Assembly (NCBI GenBank): GCA_964573635.1
Contig: CAZNKG010000009.1
Span: 20,656 to 84,655, forward strand
Origin: an uncultured Desulfatibacillum sp.
GTDB taxonomy: Bacteria > Desulfobacterota > Desulfobacteria > Desulfobacterales > SpSt-501
Reading direction: 5' to 3'
DNA length: 64,000 bases
In this document: piece by piece, positions 40,411 through 53,017 of the stretch
Numbering within the stretch: position 1 is the stretch's first letter
How the letters are laid out: each line of letters opens with the position of its first letter
Program-made: the position numbers and the translations under genes
The notes under the pieces: generated by a model
The model's database searches: none
What the model was told of the DNA's origin: nothing
What the model saw: the letters and a program-made list of their open reading frames with translations, nothing else

Positions 40411-41730
40411 CTAGATTTTCCGCTGCAGGCGCCGCATCGCGATCTGCAGGCTCGTCTGCATCCGGCCGATCGCCTGCGCGAGCAGCCCGATCTCGTCCCG
40501 GGAGTCGACGTCGATTTTCAGGTCGAGCTCGCCCAGGCTCATGCGCTCGGCGGCGTCCGTGAGCCTGCGGATCGGCGTGACGAGCTTGCGGGAGGAGAAC
40601 CAGGCGATCGCGGCGACCAGGGCGACCGTGACGGCGAGCAGCCAGATGGCGAAGTTCCGCATGACGGCGAGGTTTTCGAAGACCTCCGACTCGTCCTGCT
40701 GGAGGGCGAGGACCCAGCCGGTGCTGCCGCTGCGCGCGTGCCCGAGCGCGGGCTGCCCCGCCTCGCCTTGGAAGGTCGTCGAAATGCTCGTCCAGCCCTT
40801 CTTGCGGAAGGCGGCGATCAGGGGGTGGGTGTTCAGGTTTTCGCGGGCCTCGATGAACTTCTTCTGGGGATGGGCGATGACGAAGCCTTTTTCATCGAGG
40901 AGGAAGGCGAACCCGGAGGTCCCCCGCTTCCAGGTGGCGACCCGGCGGGAGAGCTCGTCGACGGTCATGGCGGCCGCCATGACGCCGATCACCGCTCCGT
41001 CGTTCTTGATCGGAACGGCCAGGATCAGCGCCGGCACGTTGGAGGTGCGGCCGACCACCGTCTGCCAGGCCAAGGCCTTGCCCGCCGCGACGTCCTTGTA
41101 GTACTGGCGGTCGGAGTAGTCCCTCAGCGCCTGGTCGTCGCTGCGGGCGATGTTCCCGCCGTCCAGGCCGAGGGTGAAGACGAGGTACATCCAGGGGTGC
41201 TCTTTCTGGAACGCCTTGAGCACCGGCTCCTGCTCCTCGCGCTTCATGGAGGCGACCGCCGCCAGGCCGGCCGCGGTGCGCAGCGTCCCCACGTTCGCCT
41301 TGATCCAGTCGTCGACCTGATCCCCCAGCCCCTTGGCCGTCTGCGCCATCAGCGTCTCGGCGTCCTCGCGGATGCGCGCGTCGGTCTCGCGCAGGGTGAT
41401 CACCCCGAAGACGCCGAAGGGGACCAGGCTGACGAGCAGCATCACCAGCAGCGTTCTCGGAAAAAGCCCGAATCGCACGCGGCGCGGGGGCGGCGCCGAC
41501 AGCGCCGGGTCCAGGTCGATCGACGGGCGGGCCCCCGCGGCCGGTTCCAGCCGCTCGGTGGCGGCGAGGATCTCCGTCGCCGCCGCGGGGGCGGCCGGCG
41601 GCGCCGGCGGGCGGCTCACGGTGATCACGTTGCCGCAGGACTTGCATTTGACCTTGGCGGTCGCGGCGCGCATCTGGGTCTCGTCGACCCGGTAGCGCCG
41701 TCCGCATCCCTCGCAGCGCACATCCATCAT
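40411..41730 (-). CDS. MJ0042-type zinc ribbon / Cache / HAMP membrane receptor without an output domain
   Basis: MMDVRCEGCGRRYRVDETQMRAATAKVKCKSCGNVITV. TM1 LLVMLLVSLVPFGVFGVITL. Periplasmic Cache-like region. TM2 AIWLLAVTVALVAAIAWF. HAMP segment PIRRLTDAAERMSLGELDLKIDVDSRDEIGLLAQAIGRM. The protein ends about 15 aa later. Confidence 0.75.
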   Translation of the reverse strand: MMDVRCEGCGRRYRVDETQMRAATAKVKCKSCGNVITVSRPPAPPAAPAAATEILAATERLEPAAGARPSIDLDPALSAPPPRRVRFGLFPRTLLVMLLVSLVPFGVFGVITLRETDARIREDAETLMAQTAKGLGDQVDDWIKANVGTLRTAAGLAAVASMKREEQEPVLKAFQKEHPWMYLVFTLGLDGGNIARSDDQALRDYSDRQYYKDVAAGKALAWQTVVGRTSNVPALILAVPIKNDGAVIGVMAAAMTVDELSRRVATWKRGTSGFAFLLDEKGFVIAHPQKKFIEARENLNTHPLIAAFRKKGWTSISTTFQGEAGQPALGHARSGSTGWVLALQQDESEVFENLAVMRNFAIWLLAVTVALVAAIAWFSSRKLVTPIRRLTDAAERMSLGELDLKIDVDSRDEIGLLAQAIGRMQTSLQIAMRRLQRKI

Positions 41731-42218
41731 GGCGATCGGCTCCTGTCCGCGGATGAAATCCTGTTCAGAATGGCGAGGACCGCTTGCTTGAACTTAAGCC
41801 GGCTGTTCCCGTCGGGGACCTCGAGCGCCAGGCGGTTGCCGAGCTCGGCGGCCTGCGCCAGGGTGAGGCGGTCGGGGTCGAGGCGGAGCTCCGCCATGTT
41901 CTCCTCGAGCAGGAAGCGGGCCATGGGGCCGATCGCCATCGAGAGCGCCTGATAGAGCTCCTGGATGAAGCGGCGGCCGGGGAAGACGGGCGGGCGGGGC
42001 ACCGGTTCGATCAGCCCCTGGGCGAGGAGGCGCTTGACGGCCGGGCGGACGACCTCGGGGGGCAGGCGGGTCTGGGCGGCGATTTCGGCGAGGCTCCGGG
42101 TGCCGTCGATGGCCTTGAGCAGGAGGATCAGGTCCGCGTTCAATGCGAGCGGGCGGTCCGCTTGCCGGAGCGTCCGGCGGTAGATCAGCTCGTTTTCGCC
42201 CGGCGTCGTCGGGTCCAT
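41727..42218 (-). CDS. Hypothetical protein with winged-helix-like segment
   Basis: LLLKAIDGTRSLAEIAAQTRLPPEVVRPAVKRLLAQGLIEPV. ATGA overlap with the Cache/HAMP gene. ATG at 42218 preferred; the ORF-track start at 42332 is also possible. Confidence 0.55.
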   Translation of the reverse strand: MDPTTPGENELIYRRTLRQADRPLALNADLILLLKAIDGTRSLAEIAAQTRLPPEVVRPAVKRLLAQGLIEPVPRPPVFPGRRFIQELYQALSMAIGPMARFLLEENMAELRLDPDRLTLAQAAELGNRLALEVPDGNSRLKFKQAVLAILNRISSADRSRSP

Positions 42219-42369
42219 GCCGCCTTGTGCCTTCGCGCCGCCGCGGCCGTCCCCCTCGGCGCGCGGGCGGCGTCCGGAAATCCCCCTGAGTGTCAACGGA
42301 TCAAGTAAATGATAAAGCGCCTTGGGTGTCAAGCAAAAAGACCGGCGGATCGGTCCGCGGGCGCGCGGG

Positions 42370-42798
42370 CTACGCGGGCGGGCGGGATTTCTTTTCGAGC
42401 TCCTCCTTCAGCTTTTTCTCCATTTCGGCGAAGCGGCTCTTCTGCCTGTCGGCCTGCTCCGCCGCCAGGGATTCGAAGCGCTTGGCGATGCCCTTCTGGG
42501 AGTCCTGGAACTTCTTCAGCTCCTCTTCCAGTTTGCTTCCGAGCTCCCCGCGCGGGATCTCCTCGAGCCGGCGGTGGTCGGCGACGAAGAAGCGGTCGCC
42601 GAAGGAGCCCTGCACGATCTCGACGACCCGGCTCTGCGCCAGCCGGCGGGCGATGAACCCGGCCTTTTCGGCCGAGAAGGCGAGCATCCGGCAGACGTCC
42701 TCCAGCACCGGCGGCGTTCCGTGCTGGTGCGTGTGCAGGCGCACGGCGGCGACGAAGAGATGGGCTTCCTCATAGAAATCCAGCGGCGGGGACGGCAT
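42370..42798 (-). CDS. Hypothetical protein (142 aa) with C-terminal charged coiled-coil
   Basis: Only the 3' 143 codons of ORF 42370..44040 are plausible (MPSPPLDFYEEAHLF...KKLKEELEKKSRPPA). The rest of that ORF is antisense to eno. Confidence 0.5.
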   Translation of the reverse strand: MPSPPLDFYEEAHLFVAAVRLHTHQHGTPPVLEDVCRMLAFSAEKAGFIARRLAQSRVVEIVQGSFGDRFFVADHRRLEEIPRGELGSKLEEELKKFQDSQKGIAKRFESLAAEQADRQKSRFAEMEKKLKEELEKKSRPPA

Positions 42799-42855
42799 GG
42801 CGCGCTTCTCCCGAACGGCACGGGGTTTGGGCTCTCCGAACGGCGGTGCGTTCGC

Positions 42856-42884
42856 TTGACTTCGATTGACGATCAGATTAACAT
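42856..42884 (+). promoter_or_regulatory. Candidate sigma70-type promoter upstream of eno
   Basis: TTGACT (42856-42861) - 17 nt - TAACAT (42879-42884). AGGGAGG Shine-Dalgarno sequence before ATG 42946. Confidence 0.3.
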
Positions 42885-42894
42885 GACCGGTTGA

Positions 42895-45869
<2,975 letters not shown>

Positions 45870-45890
45870 GCCTTCCCGCGCCGCGGGGCG

Positions 45891-46466
45891 TCAGGGCGTC
45901 ACGATCGCCTTCAAGGTCTTCTGGGCGCACACCGGGCAGTAGCTCGAGGTGATGTCCAGCCGCGCGTGCTCGTTGATGAACTGCTCGACGGGCACCCAGC
46001 GCCCCTGGCCGGAGGGCTTGCCCGTGTCGTCGCGGATCTTCTTGCACATGCAGCACATGGGGATGATCTTCTGGTAGAGGTGGACCCGCCGCGTGAGCTC
46101 GAGCTTCTCGAGGCAGCGCTCCACGCGGAAGAAGATCTCGTCGGATTCGCAGGGCTTCAGCAGGTAGTCGTCGGCCTGGTTGCGCAGCGCCTCGATGGCC
46201 GAGAGCATGTCCCCGAACCCCGTCAGCAGGATCACCATGGTGGCGGCGTTCACTTCCTTGCACTTCTTGAGCACCTGGATCCCGTCGGTGCGCTCCATGA
46301 CGAGATCGGTGATCACGAGATCGAAGGGGGCGCGCTCGAGCATCTCGACCGCTTTTTCGCCGCTGTTCACCCGCGTCACCTGGTAGCCGCGGCGCTCGAG
46401 GTCCTCGCCGATGCCGGCCAGGATGAAGGGGTCGTCGTCCACCAGCATGAGGTTGTATTTTTTCAT
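45891..46466 (-). CDS. Response regulator receiver protein with C-terminal Cys-rich tail
   Basis: REC domain: LMLVDDDPF..., DLVITDLVM, LLTGFG, KP. Tail: IPMCCMCKKIRDDTGKPSGQGRWVPVEQFINEHARLDITSSYCPVC. Confidence 0.85.
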   Translation of the reverse strand: MKKYNLMLVDDDPFILAGIGEDLERRGYQVTRVNSGEKAVEMLERAPFDLVITDLVMERTDGIQVLKKCKEVNAATMVILLTGFGDMLSAIEALRNQADDYLLKPCESDEIFFRVERCLEKLELTRRVHLYQKIIPMCCMCKKIRDDTGKPSGQGRWVPVEQFINEHARLDITSSYCPVCAQKTLKAIVTP

Positions 46467-46521
46467 GGGATAGGCTCCGCTGCGTCGATCCGCCGGGTTC
46501 CGGCGGCCCTCGCGTTCACGA

Positions 46522-49500
46522 TCACGGCCCCTTCTGCCGGGCCACGATGAACTCGGCGATCTTTTCCGCCGACCGCCCGAAGAGCTCGTCGACCGGCAGC
46601 CCCTCCAGCCAGGCGTCGTCCCAGGCCGGGGTGTTTTCCTGCACGATGCTCTTGATGTGCTCGTACTTGCCTCCGAGGGCGCGGATGCGCGCGGCGAGCG
46701 GCACCGGGTCCTGGAAGGCCACGTGGAAGAGCAGGAGGTGCTCGATGCGGCCGGGCCCGGCGGGCTCCGCGGAGAGCAGCGGCACCACGAGAATGCTGCG
46801 GTCGTCCTTGCGCCCTTTGCCGAGGTAGACGTTTCCTTCGCGCACGATGATGCGCTTGCTCCCCTTGAGCTGGCGGTCGGTTTCGACGCGCGAGGGGATC
46901 GCGGCGGTCTTGCCGCGCTTGTGGACGACCGTGATGGTCGTCTCCTCGCCCGGCTCGCCGAGCAGGTTCAGGCCGGCGATGCGGTAGAGGATCGAGCCCT
47001 CGATTTCGCGGATGATCCCCTGGACGTTCTTGAGCACGAGGAGGTTCGCGGGGGTGAGCTGGCCGATCGAGAAGTTCTCGGCGGCGAGCGCGGCGAACAG
47101 GATCCCCTCGAGGCGCTCGACGGCGCGGCTCGTGCCCACGGTCACCGTCTTCGCCTGGTGCTTGATCGCATCCACCGGGCGGGCGAGGTGGGCGACGGCC
47201 TCCGCGAGGCTGCGCTCGAGGACGTTCAGCATGTTGGGGGCGGTGCCCTTCACCCCGAAGTCGAGCTCGAAATCGGCGACCGGCAGGCGCCCGGCGAGGT
47301 ATTTGAGCAGCAGCGTGAGGTCCGCGGCGGCGTCGAAGCCCGCCGTGGCGGGGAACCGGCGCTCGGCCCGCTGGCGGCGGAACTCGGCGTAGAAGCCGGC
47401 GATCTTCTCGCGGAACTCGCGCTCCAGGATGATCTCGAAGATGTCGGCGCCGCGGCGCACCCCCGCGCCGACCGTCCGGCGGACCTCCTCGTGGAAGCCG
47501 AACAGGAAGCGCGAGCCCTCGTGGATGGCGAGCGCGGCGTGGTAGCCGAAAATGTGCCCGACGAGCGTGTTCAGGATCGGGGCGAGGTGCTCGGCGACCG
47601 CCGGGACCTTGAAGACCGCCGCGGCGTAGGGGTCGAAGCGCTCCTCGCCGCGGTCGCAGATCACCACCGGCAGCGCCTTGTGGGCCTTGAAGATGGCGGT
47701 GTCCTTGACGATGTCGCCCACGACCGTGGGCCGCGAGCCGGCCGCGCACACGATGATCAGCGGCTCCGAGGAGAGGTCGATGTGCTTCTTGTCCTCGACG
47801 TAGTCCGAGGAGATCGTCTTGTAGCAGAGCTCGCTCAGCTTGATGCGGATCTCGTCGGCCGAGGCCTTGTTGGGGCCGCTGCCGACGGTGGCCCAATAGG
47901 TCTTGGCGACGGCGAGCCGGCGGGCGGCCGCGCCGATCTCCGCGCTCATGGCGAGCACGGCGCGCATGTGGCCGGGGATGGCGAGCAGCCGCTCGATTTC
48001 CTGGGAGACGAAGGCCGCGTCGCGGCGGCCCCGCAGCCGGGCGATGTGCAGGCCGAGCAGCGCGCCGGCCGTGATCTGCGCGTAGAAGGCCTTCGTGGAG
48101 GCGACCGACATCTCGATGTCGCGCCCGCTGCTCGTGTAGAGGACGCCGTCCACCTTGAAGGTCAGGTCCGAATCGCGGCGGTTGACGATCGCGATCGTCC
48201 GGGCCCCGCGCTCGCGGACCATGTCGACCGAGCGGTTCGTGTCGGTGGTGGTGCCCGACTGGCTGATGGCGACCACCAGGCAGTCGGCCATGGCGTCCGG
48301 TCCGGCCTGCTCGCTCAGGGCGAACCCGCTGAACTCCGAGGCCTTCATCGCCTGGACGGCGATGGCGGGGTCGTTCAGGTAGATCTGCAGGATGTTCGCG
48401 CAGGCGAGCGCCGCCACGCCGGCGGTCCCCTGGCCGATGAAGAAGATCCGCCGGATGCCGCCGCCGGCCAGCGCCGCGGCGACCGCCGGCGGAAAGGCCT
48501 TGTCGTCGAGCGCCGTCGTGCGCCGCGGGGAGCCGTCGCCCGCGATTTTCCAGCGGTTCAAGAGCGTGCGCTCGACCGAGCGGGGCGACTCGGAGATCTC
48601 CTTCAGGAAGTAGTGCGGGTAGTCCTGGCGGTCGATGTCGCGGGAGGTGAGCTGGGTGCGGCGGATGTCCTTGGCGCTCAGGGCGACCGGGGTGCCGTCG
48701 TAGGCCATGGCCCGGATGCCGGCAAGCCCCCCGGGCGACTCCCGGTCGAGGATGACGATCTGGCCCTGGGTGGGGCCGGTCGCGCCCTGGACGACCGACT
48801 CCCCGTCGAGCTTGATGAAGTCCGAGGTCTCCTCGATGAAGCCGTAGACTTCCGAGGTGGGCATGTAGTGGTCGGGGGCGAGACCGACGAAGAGCGCCTG
48901 GCCGCTGCCCCTCTGCGCCAGGAAGAGCTTGCCCGGCGCGAGGTCCGTGTGCATCGCGATGGCGTGCGAGCCCTGGAAGTCGCCGACCGCGCGGCGGAAG
49001 GCCTCGGTGACGTCGTGCCCCTGGCGCAGGTAGTGCTCGATCCTCAGCGGGATGATCTTGGTGTCGGTCGTCACCTCGGGGTGGATGCGGCCCCCGGCGC
49101 CCTCGAAGCTCTCGCGCAGCTCCAGGAAGTTGTCGATGTCCCCGTTGAGGCTCGCGTGGATGATGCCGGTCTCCGGCGCGGGGGCCGCCGGGGACTTGTT
49201 GTCGACGGGATGGCAGTTCGCCTCGGTGATCGCTCCGACGGAGGCCCAGCGGGTGTGGGCGTTCACGGTGCAGGCGGCCGTGGGCAGGGCGGCGACGAGA
49301 TGCAGGATCCGGTCGTTTTCGATCTGCGCGCGGATGAAGCGGATGTTGTCCCCCAGGCTGCCGATCTCGGCGGCCACCTTGTAGGTGAAGGCGAGGGCGG
49401 CCCGTCCGTCGCGGCGGCCGGCGGTGATGCTTCCGTTCAACAGCGGCTCGCGGCGGCAGCGCCGCTCGAATTCGTCGGCGAGGCCGCGGCCCGCGAGCCC

Positions 49501-50253
49501 CTCGGCGAACCGCGCGTAGTCGTCCGCCGGCAGCGTGAAGAGCAGCGAGATTCCGGCCGAGTCGCGGCCGCGCACCTCCATGCGGTCGATGCTGTTCAGG
49601 ACCGCGTTCACGTGGCGCATCAGGCCGAGGGCGCCCGCGTCGGCCGGGCCGGGGAGCAGGCGCCGGACCTTCGCCGCGTTTCCGAGCAGCTCGGCGCGCA
49701 GCGTCCAGGCGATGTCGCTCAAGGTTTCGATCCGCTCGGCCATGAGCTCGGCGTCCCCGGCGCTCAGCTGCCCGCTCACCTCGTCGAACCGGCGGGATTC
49801 GAGATCGCGCCGCTCGGCGAGCCGCGCGGCCAGGCGTTCGAGCCGCGCGGCGAGCGCGGGGTCGGCGACGATCGCGGCGAAGCCGGCCGGCCGGCGGAGC
49901 GCGAGCACCCGGCGCCGCAGCTGCGCGAGCGGCTCGGCGCCGCCGAGGTACCGCTCCGCGTTGAAGCCGGCGGCGCCGCCGCGGTCGGCGCCGGGTGCGG
50001 CGACGGTTTCGACGAGCGCCTCCAGCGCCTCCGGGTCTGGCCCGGGACCGGGCGCATCCGGGGCCTTGAAGGCCACCAGGCCCGCGATCCCGCAGCCGAG
50101 AAGGGTCTGGCGCACGGGGAACAGGATCAGCGCCCCGGGCGGGACGCTCGCCGGGGCGCGTCCGAAGTGGATCGAAGCGGGCAGCCGGGCGGCCAGCCGG
50201 CGGGCGGCGGGCGCCAGGCGTGCGGCGAACATGGAGGCAAGCCGTGCGATCAT
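46522..50253 (-). CDS. Giant GlmS-like protein: class-II glutamine amidotransferase motifs + two SIS domains + about 400-aa C-terminal extension
   Basis: LLGCGIAGLVAF (Cys54), RGRDSAGISL (about residue 228), HTRWASVGAITEANCHPV, LNGDIDNF. SIS motifs: FFIGQGTAG, VVAISQSGTTTDT, ASTKAFYAQI, VGSGPNKASADEIRIKLSE. Confidence 0.8.
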   Translation of the reverse strand: MIARLASMFAARLAPAARRLAARLPASIHFGRAPASVPPGALILFPVRQTLLGCGIAGLVAFKAPDAPGPGPDPEALEALVETVAAPGADRGGAAGFNAERYLGGAEPLAQLRRRVLALRRPAGFAAIVADPALAARLERLAARLAERRDLESRRFDEVSGQLSAGDAELMAERIETLSDIAWTLRAELLGNAAKVRRLLPGPADAGALGLMRHVNAVLNSIDRMEVRGRDSAGISLLFTLPADDYARFAEGLAGRGLADEFERRCRREPLLNGSITAGRRDGRAALAFTYKVAAEIGSLGDNIRFIRAQIENDRILHLVAALPTAACTVNAHTRWASVGAITEANCHPVDNKSPAAPAPETGIIHASLNGDIDNFLELRESFEGAGGRIHPEVTTDTKIIPLRIEHYLRQGHDVTEAFRRAVGDFQGSHAIAMHTDLAPGKLFLAQRGSGQALFVGLAPDHYMPTSEVYGFIEETSDFIKLDGESVVQGATGPTQGQIVILDRESPGGLAGIRAMAYDGTPVALSAKDIRRTQLTSRDIDRQDYPHYFLKEISESPRSVERTLLNRWKIAGDGSPRRTTALDDKAFPPAVAAALAGGGIRRIFFIGQGTAGVAALACANILQIYLNDPAIAVQAMKASEFSGFALSEQAGPDAMADCLVVAISQSGTTTDTNRSVDMVRERGARTIAIVNRRDSDLTFKVDGVLYTSSGRDIEMSVASTKAFYAQITAGALLGLHIARLRGRRDAAFVSQEIERLLAIPGHMRAVLAMSAEIGAAARRLAVAKTYWATVGSGPNKASADEIRIKLSELCYKTISSDYVEDKKHIDLSSEPLIIVCAAGSRPTVVGDIVKDTAIFKAHKALPVVICDRGEERFDPYAAAVFKVPAVAEHLAPILNTLVGHIFGYHAALAIHEGSRFLFGFHEEVRRTVGAGVRRGADIFEIILEREFREKIAGFYAEFRRQRAERRFPATAGFDAAADLTLLLKYLAGRLPVADFELDFGVKGTAPNMLNVLERSLAEAVAHLARPVDAIKHQAKTVTVGTSRAVERLEGILFAALAAENFSIGQLTPANLLVLKNVQGIIREIEGSILYRIAGLNLLGEPGEETTITVVHKRGKTAAIPSRVETDRQLKGSKRIIVREGNVYLGKGRKDDRSILVVPLLSAEPAGPGRIEHLLLFHVAFQDPVPLAARIRALGGKYEHIKSIVQENTPAWDDAWLEGLPVDELFGRSAEKIAEFIVARQKGP

Positions 50254-50271
50254 GCGGACTCCCTTGGTCGG

Positions 50272-51072
50272 TTAACCCTCCGCCCCGGCTGCTTCGGCGC
50301 GGCGCTGGCGGCGGATCAGCGCGGCGGCGCGCTCGATGTCCTCCGGCCGATCGACGCCGAAGCTGTCGTGGGCGGTGACGGATACGTGAACGGGGATGTC
50401 GTTTTCGAGCAGCCGCAGCTGCTCCAGCCCCTCGGCCTGCTCGAGCCGGCTCGGTGCGAGGGCGACGAAGCGCCGCAGCGCCTCGAGCCGGAAGGCGTAG
50501 AGGCCGACGTGGACGAAAACGGTCCCGCCCTCCTCCGGCCGCCGGCAAAACGGCAGCCGGGCGCGCGAGAAATAAAGCGCGCGGCCGCTCGCGCTGAAGA
50601 CCACCTTGACGCGGTCCGGGTGATCGGCCTCCTGCGCCGGGACCGCGCGGGCGAGGGTGGCGACCGCCACGCGCGGGTCGCCGAAGGGGGCGAGCAGCTC
50701 GTCGATCATCTCCGGGGCGAGCGCCGGCTCGTCTCCCTGGATGTTCACGATCACCGCGCCCGCGGCCGGCCGGAGGCCGAGCGCGGCCTCGAGCACCCGG
50801 TCGGTCCCGCTCGGGTGCTCGCGGCGGGTCATCCGCACCGGTACATGCAAAGAGCGGGCCGCTTCGGCGATCCGTTCGTCGTCGGTGGCGAGCACGACCC
50901 GCGCCAGCGACCGGCACCGCGATGCCCGCCGGTAGACGTGCCAGAACATGGGCTTCCCCAGGATGGGGGCGAGCGGTTTCCCGGGAAACCGGCTCGAGTC
51001 GTAGCGGGCCGGGATGATGCCGATCGCTTCGAGGCGCGCGGCGCCGCTGTTTTCCGGGTTCGGGCGCATCAC
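50272..51072 (-). CDS. kdsB: 3-deoxy-manno-octulosonate cytidylyltransferase
   Basis: [18 protein letters not shown]; [10 protein letters not shown]; HPSGTDRV; IVNIQGDEP. Confidence 0.9.
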   Translation of the reverse strand: MMRPNPENSGAARLEAIGIIPARYDSSRFPGKPLAPILGKPMFWHVYRRASRCRSLARVVLATDDERIAEAARSLHVPVRMTRREHPSGTDRVLEAALGLRPAAGAVIVNIQGDEPALAPEMIDELLAPFGDPRVAVATLARAVPAQEADHPDRVKVVFSASGRALYFSRARLPFCRRPEEGGTVFVHVGLYAFRLEALRRFVALAPSRLEQAEGLEQLRLLENDIPVHVSVTAHDSFGVDRPEDIERAAALIRRQRRAEAAGAEG

Positions 51073-51088
51073 GGCTCCCCGCCGCCGG

Positions 51089-52996
51089 TCAACGCAGGGG
51101 CGTTCCGGGGGCCACGGGCCGGTCCGGCAGGATGAGGACCGGTCCCTTCTGCTCGCCGGCGGCGAGCAGCATCCCCTGCGAGAGAACCCCGCGGAGCTTC
51201 GCCGGGCGCAGGTTCGCGACGACCACGATCTGCCGGCCGACGAGCCCTTCGGGGTCGTAGTGCTCGGCGATGCCGGCGACGATCGTCCGGCGCTCGCCCA
51301 TGTCGATGTCGAGCTTCAACAGCTTCTTCGCCCCCGGGATGCGCTCGGCGGAGAGGACCGTCGCGGCCCTCAGGTCGATCCGCTGGAACTCCTCGATGGT
51401 GATCTCCGCCTTGACCGGCGGCGCGGCGGGGGCGGCCGGGGCGGCGGCGGGCGGCGCCGCCGGGGTCTCGATGCGCGGGAACAGCATCACGGTCCGGGGA
51501 AGCCGGGTCCCGGCGGGAATCGGCTGCCACAATTTCAGGCGGTCCAGCAGATAGAACGGCGCCGCCGGGTCGAGGCCCAGGTGCTGCTGCATGCGCGCGG
51601 CCGTTTCGGGCATCACCGGGTGGATCAGCCCGGCGACGAGCCGCAGCCCCTTCAAGAGGCTGTGCATCACCGCGGCGAGCTGGGGGGCGCGCGCCTTCTT
51701 CTTGGCGAGCTCCCAGGGAGCCGCCAGGTCGACCGCCTTGTTCAGGCGGCCGATGAACTCCCAGACCGATGCGAGCGCGCGCTGGAACTCGAAGGCCTCC
51801 ATGGCGCGCTCGTACTCCGCGATGCAGCGGGCCGCCTCCGGCGCGAGTCCCAGGCCGAACTGGCGGGCGGCCTCGGGGTCGAGCTCCGGCACCACCCCGC
51901 CGAAGTACTTGTGGGTCATCGAGACGACCCGCGAAAAGAGGTTTCCCAGGTCGTTCGCCAGGTCCGCATTGATCCGCTGGATGAGGGCTCCCTGGCTGAA
52001 GCTCGCGTCCAGGCCGAAGGTCATCTCCCGCATCAGGAAGTACCGGAAGGCGTCCAGGCCGTAGAGGCGGCGCATCTCCATGGGCTCGACCACGTTGCCG
52101 ATGCTCTTGGACATCTTGCCGTGCTCCACGTTCCAGTAGCCGTGCACGTTCAGGCGGCGGTACAGGGGGATGCCCGCGGCCTTGAGCATGGTCGGCCAGT
52201 AGATCCCGTGGGGCTTGAGGATGTCCTTGGCGATCACGTGCTGGGCGGCCGGCCAGTACTTGGCGAAGTCGGCGCCGTCGGGGTAGCCCAGGGCGGAGAC
52301 GTAGTTCAACAGCGCGTCGAACCAGACGTAGGTGACGTAGTCCGGGTCGAACGGCAGCGTAATACCCCACTGCAACCGCGATTTCGGCCTGGAAATGCAG
52401 AGATCGCCAAGCGGCTCGCGCAGGAAGCTCAGGACCTCGTTGCGGTAGCGCTCCGGCTGGATGAAATCCGGGTGGCGCCGGATGTGGTCGACGAGCCACT
52501 CCTGGTAGCGGCTCATGCGGAAGAAATAGTTCGACTCCCGGATGCGCTCGGGTTCGGTCTGGTGGTCGGGGCAGCGGCCCTCGACGAGCTCCCGCTCGGT
52601 GTAGAACCGCTCGCAGCCGAAGCAGTAGAGCCCCTCGTACTCGCTGAAATAGATGTCCCCGGCGGCGTGGATTTTCTCGAGGACCGCCGTGACCACGGCC
52701 ATGTGGGCCGGGTCGGTGGTGCGGATGAAGCGGTCGTTCGCCACGTTGAGCTCCGGCCACAGGTCGCGGAAAAGCCGGCTGATCGCATCGGCATAGGCCC
52801 GCGGCGTCTTTCCCTCCTTCTCGGCGGCGCGGACCACCTTGTCGCCGTGCTCGTCGGTGCCCGTCAGGAAGAAGACCTCCTCGCCGCGCATGCGGTGAAA
52901 GCGCGCCGCGACGTCGGCCACGATGGTGGTGTAGGCGTGGCCGAGGTGCGGCCGGGCGTTCACGTAATAGATCGGGGTGGTGATGTAGAACGTCAT
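51089..52996 (-). CDS. metG: Methionine--tRNA ligase
   Basis: [24 protein letters not shown] (HIGH-type motif), KMSKSIGN, and a C-terminal tRNA-binding (EMAP-like) domain. Confidence 0.97.
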   Translation of the reverse strand: MTFYITTPIYYVNARPHLGHAYTTIVADVAARFHRMRGEEVFFLTGTDEHGDKVVRAAEKEGKTPRAYADAISRLFRDLWPELNVANDRFIRTTDPAHMAVVTAVLEKIHAAGDIYFSEYEGLYCFGCERFYTERELVEGRCPDHQTEPERIRESNYFFRMSRYQEWLVDHIRRHPDFIQPERYRNEVLSFLREPLGDLCISRPKSRLQWGITLPFDPDYVTYVWFDALLNYVSALGYPDGADFAKYWPAAQHVIAKDILKPHGIYWPTMLKAAGIPLYRRLNVHGYWNVEHGKMSKSIGNVVEPMEMRRLYGLDAFRYFLMREMTFGLDASFSQGALIQRINADLANDLGNLFSRVVSMTHKYFGGVVPELDPEAARQFGLGLAPEAARCIAEYERAMEAFEFQRALASVWEFIGRLNKAVDLAAPWELAKKKARAPQLAAVMHSLLKGLRLVAGLIHPVMPETAARMQQHLGLDPAAPFYLLDRLKLWQPIPAGTRLPRTVMLFPRIETPAAPPAAAPAAPAAPPVKAEITIEEFQRIDLRAATVLSAERIPGAKKLLKLDIDMGERRTIVAGIAEHYDPEGLVGRQIVVVANLRPAKLRGVLSQGMLLAAGEQKGPVLILPDRPVAPGTPLR

Positions 52997-53017
52997 AAAC
53001 GGTGTCCTGTGCCGTCG

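Noticed and set aside
46463-51135. Two enormous ORFs (46463..50917 minus, 1484 aa; 46657..51135 plus, 1492 aa) overlapping the GlmS-like and kdsB genes.
   Set aside because: Their translations are Arg/Pro/Gly/Ala-dominated with no motifs. They occupy alternative or antisense frames of genes with clear GATase/SIS and KdsB motifs. This is the typical stop-codon-poor artefact of roughly 75% GC DNA.
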